This document shows, piece after piece, positions 22,119 through 35,697 of a DNA stretch of 64,000 nucleotides. The notes under the pieces are model-generated. The model ran no database searches and was not told the origin of the DNA. It worked only from the letters and a program-made list of their open reading frames with translations. Position 1 is the stretch's first letter. Each line of letters opens with the position of its first letter. This stretch comes from Octopus bimaculoides (taxonomy: Eukaryota), in the NCBI RefSeq assembly GCF_001194135.2, contig NC_068987.1, positions 47,426,802 through 47,490,801 on the forward strand. The letters are read 5' to 3'. Both the position numbers and the translations under genes were made by a program.

Positions 22119-25100
22119 AATGATATAAATAATAATGATAGACAAAAATTACAGCTGACTGTGTTTGATCACACTATGGACAACATGACTATACCTAGCA
22201 ATGTTTTATGTCATTGTGGGCTAACATGCTTGTGACTGATCCTGTTTGGTGTATTGATTAGGTTATAAGTTAATTTGTGATTTATAACTTGATTATACCT
22301 TTTATGAGGGAGATTTGTGTTGATATTGTCTCTAACTGCACAGCACACATAATTGTGAATCTTGGTCTTGTGATTTACATAAACACATCATTCTCATCTT
22401 TCTAGCTACTCCTACTACCCTTATATATTGTGAGATAGCTATATATCTTCTCTATAGCAAGACCTCTATCACACTTTAGTGTCTCAATTCCTAGTGTAAA
22501 TCTACCTGGACCCTACTCAGTTGAGGGGTTTTCTTTGTCATGTGAGTTACTTAGTGGCATCACTACTGCCAGTGTCATATAAAAAGCACCCACTACACTA
22601 TGAAAAGGATTGGTTTTTAAGAAAAGTTATCCAGCCATAGAAACATTGCTAAAGCAGACATTCTGTCAAATTATCTATGTCAACATGGAAGATGGACGTT
22701 AAATGATTATGGTGAGGAAACTTTTGATGGTACATAGATATATCTCATGTCAAAACCAAAATAAACTCACTCATATTTGGCCATTGTAATCAGGAACGAG
22801 CCACAGAATAAGGTTAATGTTTCCAGCCTGATATATTTAACACATCAGGTTAGAAACATACCTTTACCTTCTTTTCACAACCAGAAATTTCCACATTTTT
22901 CCTTTCTTATTTCTAATGTTTGTATCAAATTGAGTCTCTCTGAATTCTAGTGATTATCATTTAATTACTTATTGTTATCCACTAGTCTGCCTGTCCTCAC
23001 TTTACTGGGTAAACATACACTTTTAATTTTATTTTTTCTTCAGCTCTCATTAAAGGCCTCCTAAAACAAATGAAAAGCTGTAATGTTCTGTATGTGTATA
23101 TAAATATATTTTTCTATATAATAGCCAATATGTTGGGTGGTTGGTTTATTTCATCAGTCTTGCTTTACTTTGTATAAAGAGTAAAAGAGAATTAATGTAA
23201 GTGGTGGAGGATGAGTGCACATACTATGCTTGGTGAAAAGCCATAAGTAAAGGGATACTCTACACACACACAGTAAGAGAGAAATAATCATAGAAACTGA
23301 AGAGGTGGAGAGGAAATTAAGAACAGAGTATTTATGGGAGGTGTTCAAATTTTACAGAGATAAGTTTTTGCTGGAGTAGATTGTGATTATGTTGATAAAA
23401 TGTAGAAAAATATATATTTATTTTAAATATACAAATGAATAGTTTGTTTTATTTCATTTTATTTTCAGGTAACAAATATTTTTCTTTTGAAAATTAGTAT
23501 TCATTTAATTATTTTGTATAATCGCCTAAGAAATTTGATATAAGTTAAATTTCAATTATTATATTTATGCTATATTTCCTGATATTACCCATAGTGGTAA
23601 AAGTATGCTTCCAAAGATATATCATTCAGAATTGTGTATAAAGCTATATATATATAATTTCTAGAAGTTTTCTGACAGATACCCCAACAGACCTGTGGCA
23701 GATGAAGCCCTTCAGTTCTTTATCTCCTCATCTAACAGATAGTAAACTTCATACAAATTCTGCATCCTGATATCTATCAGGTTTGTGGCATTTGTTGCAT
23801 CAGACCAATACAAGTTTCAGGGATGAGAAGTGGGACTGGCTCTGCACAAACCATGCCCACTATAATAATATTCACTTTACAGGTTGTTCATCAAGCCAAA
23901 ATACCAGCACTAACTCCGTCACACTTTCTTCTGTACCAAAGGAGTACAAATAGAGGATGCTGCTGGAAGTCTTCAGCATTGGCCCTGCAGACAGCCATAG
24001 GGTGGCAAGAGAGTCCAGAAAAATGTAATTCTATGTATATAATTCAGCATTGATCCTATATCATCATCTAACATCTGCATTATATGCTGGCATACATGCA
24101 TGCATTTTTATAGTTGTTTTATATGGTCATGTTACTGTTGTGTTGTTATTGTATTATGTTAAATTACATATTATTGTATGCTATTACCATTTAAATATAT
24201 ATTGTTTTTATTTGTCTACTTGAACTACTATCTACCTTTCAATGTATTAGTATACAGCAGCAGATTGAATTGTTAGGTGTCTGTAGCTACTGACAAAATA
24301 AAAAAAGGAATAGCTTGTGAAGGTATGATAAAGAGATACTTCTACTGTTGTGTGATAGTAATATATGGGTATTACCCTTTTAATACCAATCCACCTTAAA
24401 GCCTTCCATCAAAAATTCATGTTAGCTTATTTTCCAAACACCATCTTATTAATGGCAAAGTTATTACTAAATTCTTCATTATTTTCAAAATTAAATTAAA
24501 TAAAGTTTGTGTATTTCATTAGTAATATGGTTTCAAAAGAGTTAAATGTGAAAGACTGGCAAAAGCCGGAGGGAAATGGGTTGGGTTATAATCCATTAGA
24601 GGCACCTGCATGAAAGGCAGACAACAGGTAAGTTAAGAGGGTGATTGGGTATTAAAGACTTCAGCTGATGGATGATGCAGGAGATAGTTGTGCTGTATTG
24701 GAAAAAATTTGTGGAAGGATCAGTTGTTCAAATGTACTTTTATACAAGAGATATTGGAAACCTGAGACAAGTGGGAATATACTATGAAATTGACACGTCT
24801 TTTTGTCCCAGCATTAAAAAAAAAAAAAGATATTGTTCATAAGTTCTTTTAAAGCTTATAAATACTTCTGACTGACCTACTTACTTTAATGAGTGAACCC
24901 TGATAATTCTTTTAGGTGAGCAATGCTGTAGATATTGTTGGGTTTTTCCTCCCCCTCTTCAAGCTGTGACCCCACTTCAGTCTATGTTTTCCCTTTTCTT
25001 CATGTTCATCTGTGTACACACACCCACATCATGTTTGGAAGCACTCTTATTCACATCTATATACAGGTATACGCACATAAACACGAACACCACCACTAGT

Positions 25101-25244
25101 ATTAGAACATAAGCTAACTCTATGAGGAGTGACTTTAAAAGCATTGTCCAATGGGGATATGTCTCTTACAATCTTGTCTCTTACAACAGCAAAAAAATAC
25201 AAATGCTACTCTTTTCAAGCAAACATCATCACATTACAATTCTC

Positions 25245-26290
25245 TTAATTGGAAGGTGCACAGGTACATTTAACACTAAAAATGTACAGAAAATAGACTC
25301 TATCAAATGCCAGAGAGGAAAACTAGAAGTAGTTGATAGCTTTCATTACCTAGGTGACTAAGTCAGTAGTGAGGGTGGATGCTCCAACAGCATAGCTGCT
25401 AGAATAAGAATAAGCTGGGCAAAGTTCAGAGAGCGTCTACATTTGTTGGTAACAAAGGGCCTTTCCCTCAGAATGAAAGGCAGATTGTATGATGTCTGTG
25501 TGTAACAGCCATGCTACATGACGGTAAAACATGCGCTGTATCTGCCAAGGACATGCGTAGGCTTGAAATAGATGAATCTAGTGTGCTCCACACTGGATGT
25601 GCATGTACAATAAAGTGTAAACATCTTGAGAGAAGAGTTGGGCATAAGAGGCTTCAGATGTGTGCAAGTAAGACGACTGCATTGGTATGGTCATGTGATA
25701 TGTATGGATGTGGACAGCTGTGTGAAGTGCTGATCTCAAGCTGTGGAAGAGGGAGACCCAGGAAGATATGGAATGAGGTGGTAAAGCATGATCTTCAAAT
25801 GTTGGGCCTCACGGAGGCATTGACTAGTGACAGATCTTTGGTGATATGCTATGCTTGAGAAGACCTGTCAGGCTAAGTGAAATCATAGTTGTGGCCATTG
25901 TTGCTGTCACGTAACTGGCATGTAAAAAGTACCTTTCTAGCGTTGGGTCTCACGGAGGCAATGTGGCTGATGCTAGTGTTGTGTAACTAGCACATAAAAA
26001 GCACCTTTCAAACGCTGCACCTCATGGAGGCAATCACAAATGACCAAGACCTTTGGCAATATGCTATGCTTGAGAAGACCCATAGAGCCAAGTGACATCG
26101 TAGTTGTGGCAGATACTGGTGTCACACAACTGGCACTCATTACACTCTCAGAGTGGCCGGCATTAGGAATGGCATCTAGCCATAGAAACTATGCCATTTC
26201 AGACTGGAGTTTGGTGCAGCCCCTCAGCTTACCAGTCCTGGTCAAACCGTTTAACCCATGCCAGCATGGACAACGGATGCTAAATGATGA
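25245..26290 (+). mobile_element. 5'-truncated RTE LINE with (GAT)n tail
   Basis: KLEVVDSFHYLGD, CGRGRPRKIWNEVVKHDL; tail at about 26283-26296. Confidence 0.85.
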
Positions 26291-28581
26291 TGATGACATA
26301 TGCCATCATCAGCATTATAATTATTAGTTTTGTGTTCATTTTGTTCCATATTGGCAGAAGTTGGATGAACATTCTGGTGGCTGTATTCTTCAGTATTAGA
26401 AAACACTGAAGGAGGTCATTGGTTAAATCTTAACAAAAGAAGACTCTTCTGCTAGTAACATACTAACATCCTAACGAAGGCCATGATTGGCAGTGTGTAA
26501 TTTTTTTCTTTTTTTAAACTAAGTTTTTTTCCTCCATTACTTTACCTGTCTGCAACGCTTTCACATAATTAGCTGAAGAGAAAGATGGAGTGCGAAAGAA
26601 AAAGGAGAGAGAAAAAAAGGTTAAGGCAAGTAAAAGAGAAAGTGGGAAAGTGCTCGAAATTAAGTCTAAAATTGTGCATAAAGTATATAATGTGCATTAA
26701 GTAATCGTTGTATTCCAATTTCCTTCACTTTTCAATGATTAGCAGATGAGCAGCTATCTTTTGATATAAACACAATACAGGCTACACTTTTAGGTTTTTT
26801 TTTTTTATTATTTATAAAGTTTTCAGAAATAACCTGATAAGTTTACCATTAATCCCATGGAATATTCACAGGTCTCGCTAGTATTGATAATTACTGAAGA
26901 GAGAAAGAGTAAATGTGTTGAAGAAAGTGTTTGCTAACCATTTCCATCACATGTGAGATGTTAGAAATGACTGATATCAATTAAAGTGATTGCTAATACA
27001 ATGAGGTGTCATTACTTTTTGATGTAGTTAGCTAATATGTATATAAGACACCAAATGTAAATAAGTGAAATGCTAGGTTACATACATTAGCTGGATGATT
27101 ATTTAATACCTGCAGTAGATTGGCATCATCTTTTAATGTCTGTCTTCCATGCTGGCATGGATTGAATGGTTTAACAGGATCTGACAAGTTGAAAGGACTG
27201 CATTTTGCCCCAGTGATTATTTTGGTATGATTTCTGCTGCTAGACGCCCTTCCTAACATCAACCACTTTGCAGAGTGCACTTATGAGGTTATCATATAGC
27301 TTATAAGATTAAAATCCCTCTTAACTGAGTGGAGAAACAGTAGAAAGGAAGGCAGCTTTATGCTTGATGGAAGGTTAAAATATGGGGGAAGGATTCAGAA
27401 CAGATTTCTTGCTGTAGAGAAGATAAAATGCTGCGTGTATTATACAACAGTGAGTGGAAATAATCAGGGTGGAGCTGGAAAGAAAGATAAAAGATGGTGA
27501 CAAGGTGCCAGAGTGGACCACAGGGGCAGAACAGGATCTAGAAAGAAATTTATTTCCCATCTACTTAACCCATGAGACTAGACCTTAGCAAGGTCCTTAG
27601 GTACACTTATAGTACCTTTTCATTACATCATTCTGTCTACTACACTATTATAGATTCCACCAATCTATTGTTGAATCTCTACACCACTGGATTTCACAAT
27701 AGATACAGGTATAGTTGTATAGTTGAGAAATTGTAATTGTGTAGTTTTGAGTTTTATCTCATTGCATGGGTCCTTGGGCAAGTAGTGACATTTATCATAG
27801 ATCTTCAGGTTAACCAATACCACCTTGTAAGTGGAATTTGGTAGATGGAAACTGCAGAAGATTGTGTGCATGTTTGTTTAACTCTGTTGATACCAAGCTG
27901 TCCCTGGTTTTATGATACAAATGCCCTGTTTAAGAGCATCTAGTCATAGAAACCATAGCAAAAATGGAAGTATGAATGAATGTTGTCCTTCACCTTGTCT
28001 AGAAAAGCAGTAATCTACTATAATAATACTCTTGTGTTTTTCTCTGTCACAACATATGAATGAGAAAGGAAGGAGTGATGGCAAACTGGTGGGGTGGTGA
28101 ACATTCAACACCGAAAAGAAAAATCAAACAGTGTTTCAATTCTGTGTGAGTATATGTGTGTATGTGTACAAGGGAAGTATGTAAATGTGTGTGAATATTG
28201 ACAAGTGTATTAATTTGATTTACCATCCATATTTACATATAAAATACTACAATTAGCCATCATTTTTGACGGCACTGGGCCAGCTAGTTCCTAATAAGAA
28301 GCGACTTAGGTTAAGACTGGCCATCACAATCTATGTTAGCATGGAAAGAGGACATATGATGATGATGGTGTTTATTTACATGCTTGCCAACAGTTTATCC
28401 CTAAAGAAATATTTGATTCATGTTATTTTATACTTCTAAAACAAACAAAAAAAATGAGGTGAATTTGGTTGAGTTAACCATGACTAATGATTTATGCTTC
28501 AAGATTGCCAAGAAGCAATTACATAAGTTCTGTCAAATCAGTTCAATGTTCATAAAATAACAAACATCAGGAGTTCACATA

Positions 28582-28798
28582 CAAGGGAGTACTGAAAAGT
28601 TCCTTGCTTTGGGTAAAAGAAAATACAGGAGAATCAGTTAATAATGATTTTATCCAACATTTTCCCCTCTCAGATTCATACACTAATTGCAGCAGTCCTT
28701 TAGGCTTTCTAAGCCCTGTAAAAGAACTTGGATGCTTGGGCCTCCAACCAGGCCTTTCATGATACCCTTAAAGCCAGAAATTTTTCAGCACCCCTTTG
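28582..28798. mobile_element. Mariner-type MITE, about 217 bp
   Basis: TA|CAAGGGAGTACTGAAAAGTT ... AATTTTTCAGCACCCCTTTG inverted ends. Confidence 0.65.
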
Positions 28799-29344
28799 TG
28801 TGTTTCCCATACTAACAGTTGCCTGAATGTAACATCCATGGAAAGAATCACTTTCTGCCATCCCAACAAACACCAAACAACATGGAATATTCTCATTATT
28901 TAATATTAATGAAGTCTTTTCTTTCAGCAGGATACTACTTTTAAAACTTCTTAATCATGATTGATAATATTGAAGTATATTTCTTTGTTCTTTTCACACT
29001 GTGATCAATATATTGTTTATGGACATGTGGTAAATCATAGAGGGCACATGGGTTAGGGTGTTGTATTCACAATTGCAAGATCATGATTTCAATTCCTAGA
29101 CCAGGTGGTGCATTGTGTTCTTGAGCAAAACACTTCGTCTCACATTGCTCTGTGATCACTCCAACACCAGATGTGTGGCACACAGTACACCTGTTCAGAT
29201 AATGTCTATTTGATGGAGAGACTGAGTTAATGTGTGGCACAAACATTTGATAACTATAAACAAATCATTTGTGCAGGTTGTTCAGCACAAAGCTGAACAC
29301 TCATATGTCATCTTAGACAGGAGAGTCCATCACATATATTATTA

Positions 29345-29690
29345 TCATTATCATCATCTTTTAATGTTCGCTTTCCATGCTAGCATGGGTTAGATGGTTT
29401 GACTGAGGACTGGCAAGCCCGGAGGCTGCACCAGGCCCCAGTCTGATCTGGCAAAATTTCTACAGCTGGATGCCCTTCCTAACACCAACCACTCTGGGAG
29501 TGTAGTGGGTGCTTTGTATGTGCCACCAGCATGGGGGCCAGTCAGGTAGCACTGGCATCGACCATGCTTGAATAGTGCTTTTTACATACCACCAGCACAG
29601 GAGGCAGTCAGGTGTCACTGGCATTGGCCATGCTCAAATGATGCTTTTTATGTTCCATCAGCACAGGTGCCAGTCAGGTGGTACTGGCAT
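29345..29690 (-). mobile_element. RTE 3' UTR, antisense
   Basis: (CAT)n tail followed by the reverse complement of the RTE 3' UTR seen at 5000-5350. Confidence 0.75.
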
Positions 29691-29692
29691 AT

Positions 29693-30838
29693 GCATCAGT
29701 CCTCAGCCCTCTCTTGTTCATCATAGACTTCTAGGCAATAACATGGATTTAAGTTGGGCTACCTCTGGGAGATCTTCTATGCTGATGACCTTATTCTTAT
29801 AGTTAAATCACTACAGAACTGGAGAGAAAATTTTATGAGTGGAAGCAAGGTTTGGAATCAAAGGGCCTTAGAGTTAATTTAGCAAAAACCAAAGTCTTAG
29901 TACGTAGGGAAGCAGACAACTCACAAATCCCTTCTGGTTGACGGCCCTGCTTGATATGTAGAAAAGGCATAGGTAGAAACTCCATAAAGTGTACCTGGTG
30001 CAAGCTATGGACACATAAGTGCAGCAGTATCAGAGGAAGGTTAACAGGGAAAATAGTCTCACTGTGTGGCTAATGCACAGGTACAATAAACACTAGAAAT
30101 ATACAGAAAATAGACTCCATCAAGTTCCAGTGGGGGACACCTAGCAGTAGTTGATAGCTTTCGTTATTGAAGTGGGTGCTCTGAGAGTGTAGCTACTAGA
30201 ATAAGAGTAGGCTGGGCAAAGTTCAGAGAGCTTCTACCTTTGTTGGTAACAAAAGGCCTCTCTCTCAGAGTGAAGAACAGATGCCTGTATGTGAACAGCC
30301 ATGCTACACAGCAGTTAAACATAGGCTGTGACTGAAGAGGACATGAAGGCTTGAAAAAAATTAATCTAGATGTGCAATGTCAGTGTGCATGTATGACTGT
30401 GTTTTGAGAGAAAAATTGGGCATAAGAGGCATCAGATGTAGTGTGCAAGAGAGACAACTGCATTGGTATGGCCGTGTGATGTGTATGGATGAGGACAGCT
30501 GTGGAAGAGGAAGATATGGGACGAGGTGGTGAAGCATGATCTTCAACTATGGGGCTCAAGTGATCATGACCTTTGGCAGTTTGCTGTGCTTGAGAAGACT
30601 CATTAAGCTGAGTGAAATTGTAGTTGTGGTTGGTGCCAGTGACATGTAACAGCATTCATGCTGGTGACATCTAAAAAGCACCCACTACACTCTCAGAGTG
30701 GTTGGCATTAGGAAGGGCATCCAGCCACAGAAACCAAGCCAAAATCAGACTGGATCTTGGTGCAGTTCTCCAGTTTGCCAGTTCCAGTCAAAACCATCTA
30801 ACCCATGCCAGCGTGGAAAGCAGATGCTAAATGATGAT
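29693..30838 (+). mobile_element. 5'-truncated RTE LINE including RT C-terminal motifs
   Basis: SVLSPLLFII...LYADDL remnants, VVDSF, 3' UTR and GATGAT tail. Confidence 0.85.
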
Positions 30839-30914
30839 ATTTATATATTGGATTGGAACAAAAGTTTGTACTATTTTTTAAGTAAAATTCAAAATTAATG
30901 TTTAGATATTTGTA

Positions 30915-31290
30915 TATACTTTTATTCAACCACATGTCTCATTTTGTTCCACCACCTTTTGCTATCTTTGAGGCAGCTTCATGATCCCATCATCCCTGAA
31001 CTTGGCATCTTTCTGGGTCATGAACTGATCTAAGTAGCTTTAGTCTTCCAAAGAATTAAAGTTCTTCTCATTAAGAGAATTCTTTAGGGATCAAAGTAGA
31101 TGGTAATCCAAAGGTACATGGTCAGGTGAGTTCAATGGATGTGGTAGGACATCCCATCTAAGCTGTACCAATTTTTGCTGGGTTTGCACAGATACAAGAG
31201 ATTTAGAATTGTCCTGAAGGAAGATGACATCTTTCCAATTGGCCAATTCTGGACATTTTTCATTGATTACCTCTTTTAATCAGTCTAATT
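30915..31290 (-). mobile_element. Mariner transposase 3' fragment
   Basis: Minus strand remnants DYHL...NSLNEKNFNSLED...GIMKLPQR.QKVVEQN. Confidence 0.65.
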
Positions 31291-31329
31291 TGGAACAATA
31301 ATTCTATACTTTGTGAGTCATGTAGATGG

Positions 31330-32590
31330 AAACCATATAGAAACCTGTTGATTGGATTGTACCTGTAATTCCAAGAGGTACTGGCATGTTTCTCGCATGC
31401 TGATTCTGCCTTAGAATTACATTAAGTGTAGGCATGTCTTTGGAATAATATTTGACTGACCAAATTCCAGCCCAAAGTCCTTCCATGTCTTAACCTTGGA
31501 TCCCTTTACCATCTGTGCTGCAACTTTTCATGTCTGCTTGTATTGCAAGCGCAAAGAGAACTTATTTCCAAACCAAGCTTTGTAAGCCCCCTTCTTTGCT
31601 CAGATGGCATCTTCAACCTCTTGAGTGAATCAAGGGGTCCTCCTGCCACCCAGCACCGTACTGATTTGCTTTTCCCAGCAGTTTTCAACTGTTGAAGCAG
31701 AAACTGCCAAACTGAACGGTCTCTACTCCCTTTCAACATCCTTAGTTTCTTCAAAGAGTTATCTGAATTTGGATGCAATTGTATCTGCATACCTGGTCCT
31801 GACTTCTTTATCAACCAGTGCTTCCCACTTTATCCTGTTGATCAAACCAGTTTTGTGGGTCTTCCTGGTTTGGGACTATCTCAGGTTGCAGACAACTAGA
31901 TAGTGATCAGTTGGCAGCTCAGCTTCTCTCTTAACATGATCATCCAGCACAGAACCAGAGAGATCAAAGATGATAAAATCATTTACTGATCTCTGTCCAT
32001 AATTTCCTTTATACCATGCGTATTTATGGATGTCTTTGTGCTGGAAGAAGATGTTCATATAGAGAGCCTCTTACTAGAACAAATTTGATAAGGCCTCTCC
32101 ATTTGTATTTAGGTAGGGATCACCATTCCTTCCAGTTACTCCTTTCCATGTCAGGTCATTGGTATTAACATGTGCATTCAAGTCTCTCATTAGGTTATAT
32201 GGCTCAATCTTAACTGCATCTAACGCTGCAGTGACTTCATCAAAGAAGAATCTGCATTCGGACTCTCTGTTTGCTGCATAAACTTGTACCCACAGAGGCC
32301 TATCTGTCAGCCTAAACTTCCAGAAGCAAATCCCTCTTCTCAATATGATGCAGTCCATAATACATTCTGACAGCCAGGGACTTGTGAGTATCCTCACTCC
32401 AACCTGTGTAGTCATTCCTGACACCATAGCTGAATAGTGGAGTTTCCATCCTCCATCGAAATCTACAATACCAGGACCACAGAACTTTGCTGAGGAAACC
32501 CCCAACTATATGTAGCTGGTAACATCTGACCTCCTGCAACAGTTCCCTGCCTCTTATCTGTAAAGGTTTTGACATTCCAGTTACCAACTG
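31330..32590 (-). mobile_element. RTE-clade LINE 5' half (AP endonuclease + linker), inverted
   Basis: ELLQEVRCYQLHIVG, GGWKLHYS, QVYAAN, DLNAHV, WKGVTGRNGD, NDFII, TDHYLVVCNL. Confidence 0.8.
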
Positions 32591-32619
32591 TCAAGATTTG
32601 CTCCCTTCTAGACACTCTT

Positions 32620-33215
32620 TGGGGTCTTGAAGTACATAAACTTTGTGTGTCCCTCCTATGCTTCCCTAGTATTTGTGTTCAGATAAATGGTGCTAAGTCG
32701 AAACTATTCAATGTGGGTGTCGGACTCCACCAAGAATGCATACTGTCACCTCTCCTGTTCATAATCTTTATGGACAGGATCGACATGTGCACCCAGGCTG
32801 GAAATGGTTTCAAGACCAGCAGTTGTAAGATCAGTCAGTTGGAATTTGCAGACAATATTGTACTACTCAACTTGTTGGAAGGTGAACTCTGACATGCATT
32901 TGATAGGTTTGCTACCGAATGCTGCTTAGTAGGACTAAAAATTAGTGCTGCAAAGACTGAGACACTCGTCCTCTCAAGGAGGCCTGTTCAATGCACTCTA
33001 CACGTGAGTGGAATTCCACTGAAGTAGATGGAGAAGTTCAAGTATCTCGGGGCCATTTTCATGAGTGATGGAAGGCATAAGCTGCTGCAGTAATGCACCA
33101 GCTTTACTGTTCAGTCATTAGGAGAGAGGAGGAAGGTATAAAAATCAAACTTACTCCCTTCAGTTTGGTGTTTGTACCTACCCTTGCCTGTGGTCATGAA
33201 TCATGAAAACAAGAT
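32620..33215 (+). mobile_element. RT portion of the same LINE type, sense orientation
   Basis: VQINGAKSKLFNVGVGLHQECILSPLLFIIFMD...LEFADNIVLL, FKYLG, FVPTL.CGHES. Confidence 0.8.
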
Positions 33216-33379
33216 GCAGTGGTATATTTTTAATCTCGCGCATGTGCATTGTTTGTTTTTGATTTTGTCAACTACACAGTATAGTAGGGTCAGTTGGGCA
33301 CCATCTGTAAAAAAACAGTATCGTGATGTAGTTCACTCTGCCAGAAATTTGGAAACAACATGCTGTACTGGAAGCTCTA

Positions 33380-34062
33380 ATATGAACAGATGGTGAACAC
33401 TCAGAACAACTTTTGGCTTGCCATATCCCCAAAACATGTACCGAGAATGATAAAAATCAAACATCCAGTCAACATCGTGGTGTTTGTAGTGTAGTGATTG
33501 TGACGTTATGCCTCCATTCATCTTCCTACACAGCCTCAGACTCAACATGGAGGCCTACATCAAGTGCCTGGAGGAGGTAGTGCTGCCCTGGGCCACAAGA
33601 GGGTGGCTGCTGGAAGACCCTATATCTGGCAACAAGACTCTGTACCATACTACACAAGCAGGAGAACCCAGTCATGGTTGTCAGACAATTTCTGCAACCA
33701 CATTACCCCTAGCATCTGGCCACCTAACTCCCCAGACTCTAATTCCCTTGATTATTATGTGTGGGATGCAGTTGAGTGAGAGACCAACAAAACTTCTCGT
33801 AACACCAAAGATGAACTGAAGGCAAAGATTATGGCAGCATTCACCAACTTAAACAAAGGGACCATTCAGAAGAGTTGCAGGAGACTCCAAAGTCGTCTGG
33901 AGGCCATGGTTGATGCCAATGGCTATTTTATTGAATAAATTTACTCTTTAGTATTTCAAGATATTTTATGTAATTTTGGTCAATACATCTGTTAAAATGA
34001 GATGTCAGTGGTATTTTCATTTTTGCGTAACTTAGGCAACAATATAGTCACCACACCCAGTA
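33380..34062 (+). mobile_element. Tc1/mariner (maT-like) transposase 3' half
   Basis: MPPFIF, WQQDS, WPPNSPDSNSLDYYVW, ...DANGYFIE*; ends CACCACACCCAGTA. Confidence 0.8.
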
Positions 34063-34970
34063 CAGTTGCAAATGCAAGCAGCTGAGATGGGGGTCTTTCC
34101 AAAATGTCTTTGGAGTAACATTACTTGATAAAGTGCATAGCTGAGAGATCAGGGAAGCACTCCAGGCAGAGCTGCTACTTCTCTGAATTGAGAGATCACA
34201 ACACCAATACTACAGACATATGGTAAGATTGTCATAGAAAGAATCACTGAATAGGTTTTTATGGGCAAAACTGACTGCCAGGAAATTCTGACGTAGACCA
34301 CAAGCAAGATTGTTGGATGACATCCATGAGCTCACTTGGGGATCCAGCTAGATCAATTGGAGTTGGTTGCTTCTGACAGGACCTGATAGAAGGTGTACTT
34401 GAGGACTCTGCTCCCACAACCCTCCCAGGAATAAGTGGGCAAAGACAATAAGATAAAAGTAGTGAACTGACAGAATCTTTAGTGCATTTGACAAAATGCT
34501 TGGCAGCATTTCTTCTATTCTTTTCATTCTATGTTCAAATTCTACATTCAACTTTGCCCTTCACCCTTTTGTGGTAAATAAAGGAATATCAGTTGAATGA
34601 CTAACCCTCTTCTACCAAAATTGCTGTACTTGTGTCAAAATGTGGAACAATTATTATTATCATCATCATTATTCCAGCTGAAGTCACCGTTTCATTCTTC
34701 TAGAGTCAATAAAATAAAATATCAGTCAAGTACTGGTTTCAAGTTAATTGAATTATCCTTGTCTCCATGTTTTTGACCTTTGCCTATATCCAAAACAATA
34801 ATTTCTCTTCTGTTCTACATTTCTACCTGCCTACCAGTAGCTTGTAAGTTTGTGCCCCACTTCAAGAAATACTTTCACCGTAAACAACATATTTAACTCT
34901 ACTTCCTTAATAGTTTGCATCATTCATTATTTCCTTCAGATTTAATAGTTTTGTTTGTTTTCTATTTCAG

Positions 34971-35012
34971 ATGTTAACCGGGCAATTGAATTATTGGAAA
35001 TTCTTCAAATGA
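34971..35012 (+). CDS. LIN7: LIN7 exon 2 (DVNRAIELLEILQM), start of L27 domain
   Basis: Acceptor tttctatttcag at 34970, donor A|GTGAGT at 35013; 42 nt, phase 1-1; matches LIN7 DxxRAIELLE. Confidence 0.93.
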   Translation: MLTGQLNYWKFFK

Positions 35013-35079
35013 GTGAGTTCTTGTTTCTTTTGTACTTGGATTAAACCCTGGTTCTGTGATACAAATTTAAGTGATTTAA

Positions 35080-35297
35080 CTCTTTAGCATTTAAACCAGC
35101 CATATCTGGACCAAATATTCTACCGGTTTTATGTTCCAGACAACCAGATCGAGCCTCTCCACCTACCCTACAATGTCATTCTAAAAATAGCAATCACATC
35201 ATTGAAATCTTGAGGCTAATAAATAATGCTGGATTAATTCAAAACAATGTTAATAAATAAGCATTACATTTGACGGAGTAGTCTGAATGCTGAAGGG
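35080..35297. mobile_element. piggyBac-type MITE
   Basis: TTAA|CTCTTTAGCATT ... AATGCTGAAGGG|CTAA; inverted sister copy at 49405-49603. Confidence 0.7.
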
Positions 35298-35665
35298 CTA
35301 AATCCAAACTTTCCATTAAAATTTCATATTTATATTTCAAACAACAGCTTAATAATGCCAAAGTTATTTTATTAAATTCATTATTTTCAAAATTGATTGA
35401 AACACAAGCAGTGTATTTTAATAGAAATATGGTAACAAAAGTGCTAAAATGCTCTAAATTTAAAGTCATAACCTTATCCATCTATTGTTTTCATAATCGG
35501 TCATAATGTCTTACGTTTAAGATGATTCCCATGCTTTCCCTGATGAGAAGGTTACAATTTTAATATCAAAGATCCCTATGGATCACACAGGTTGTAATCC
35601 TTTGAAACATATGTAGGAATAAAGTATGCAATTATAACATGCATTTTCTCCAATCCTTAAATTCT

Positions 35666-35697
<32 letters not shown>

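Noticed and set aside
23044-23790. Cassette exons in intron 1 (acceptors at about 23043 and 23690)
   Set aside because: They shift frame or introduce stops when joined to exon 1, with no recognisable protein similarity.
26585-26629. Alternative LIN7 first exon (MECERKRREKK)
   Set aside because: Available donors are phase 0 or 2, whereas exon 2 needs phase 1; low-complexity purine tract.
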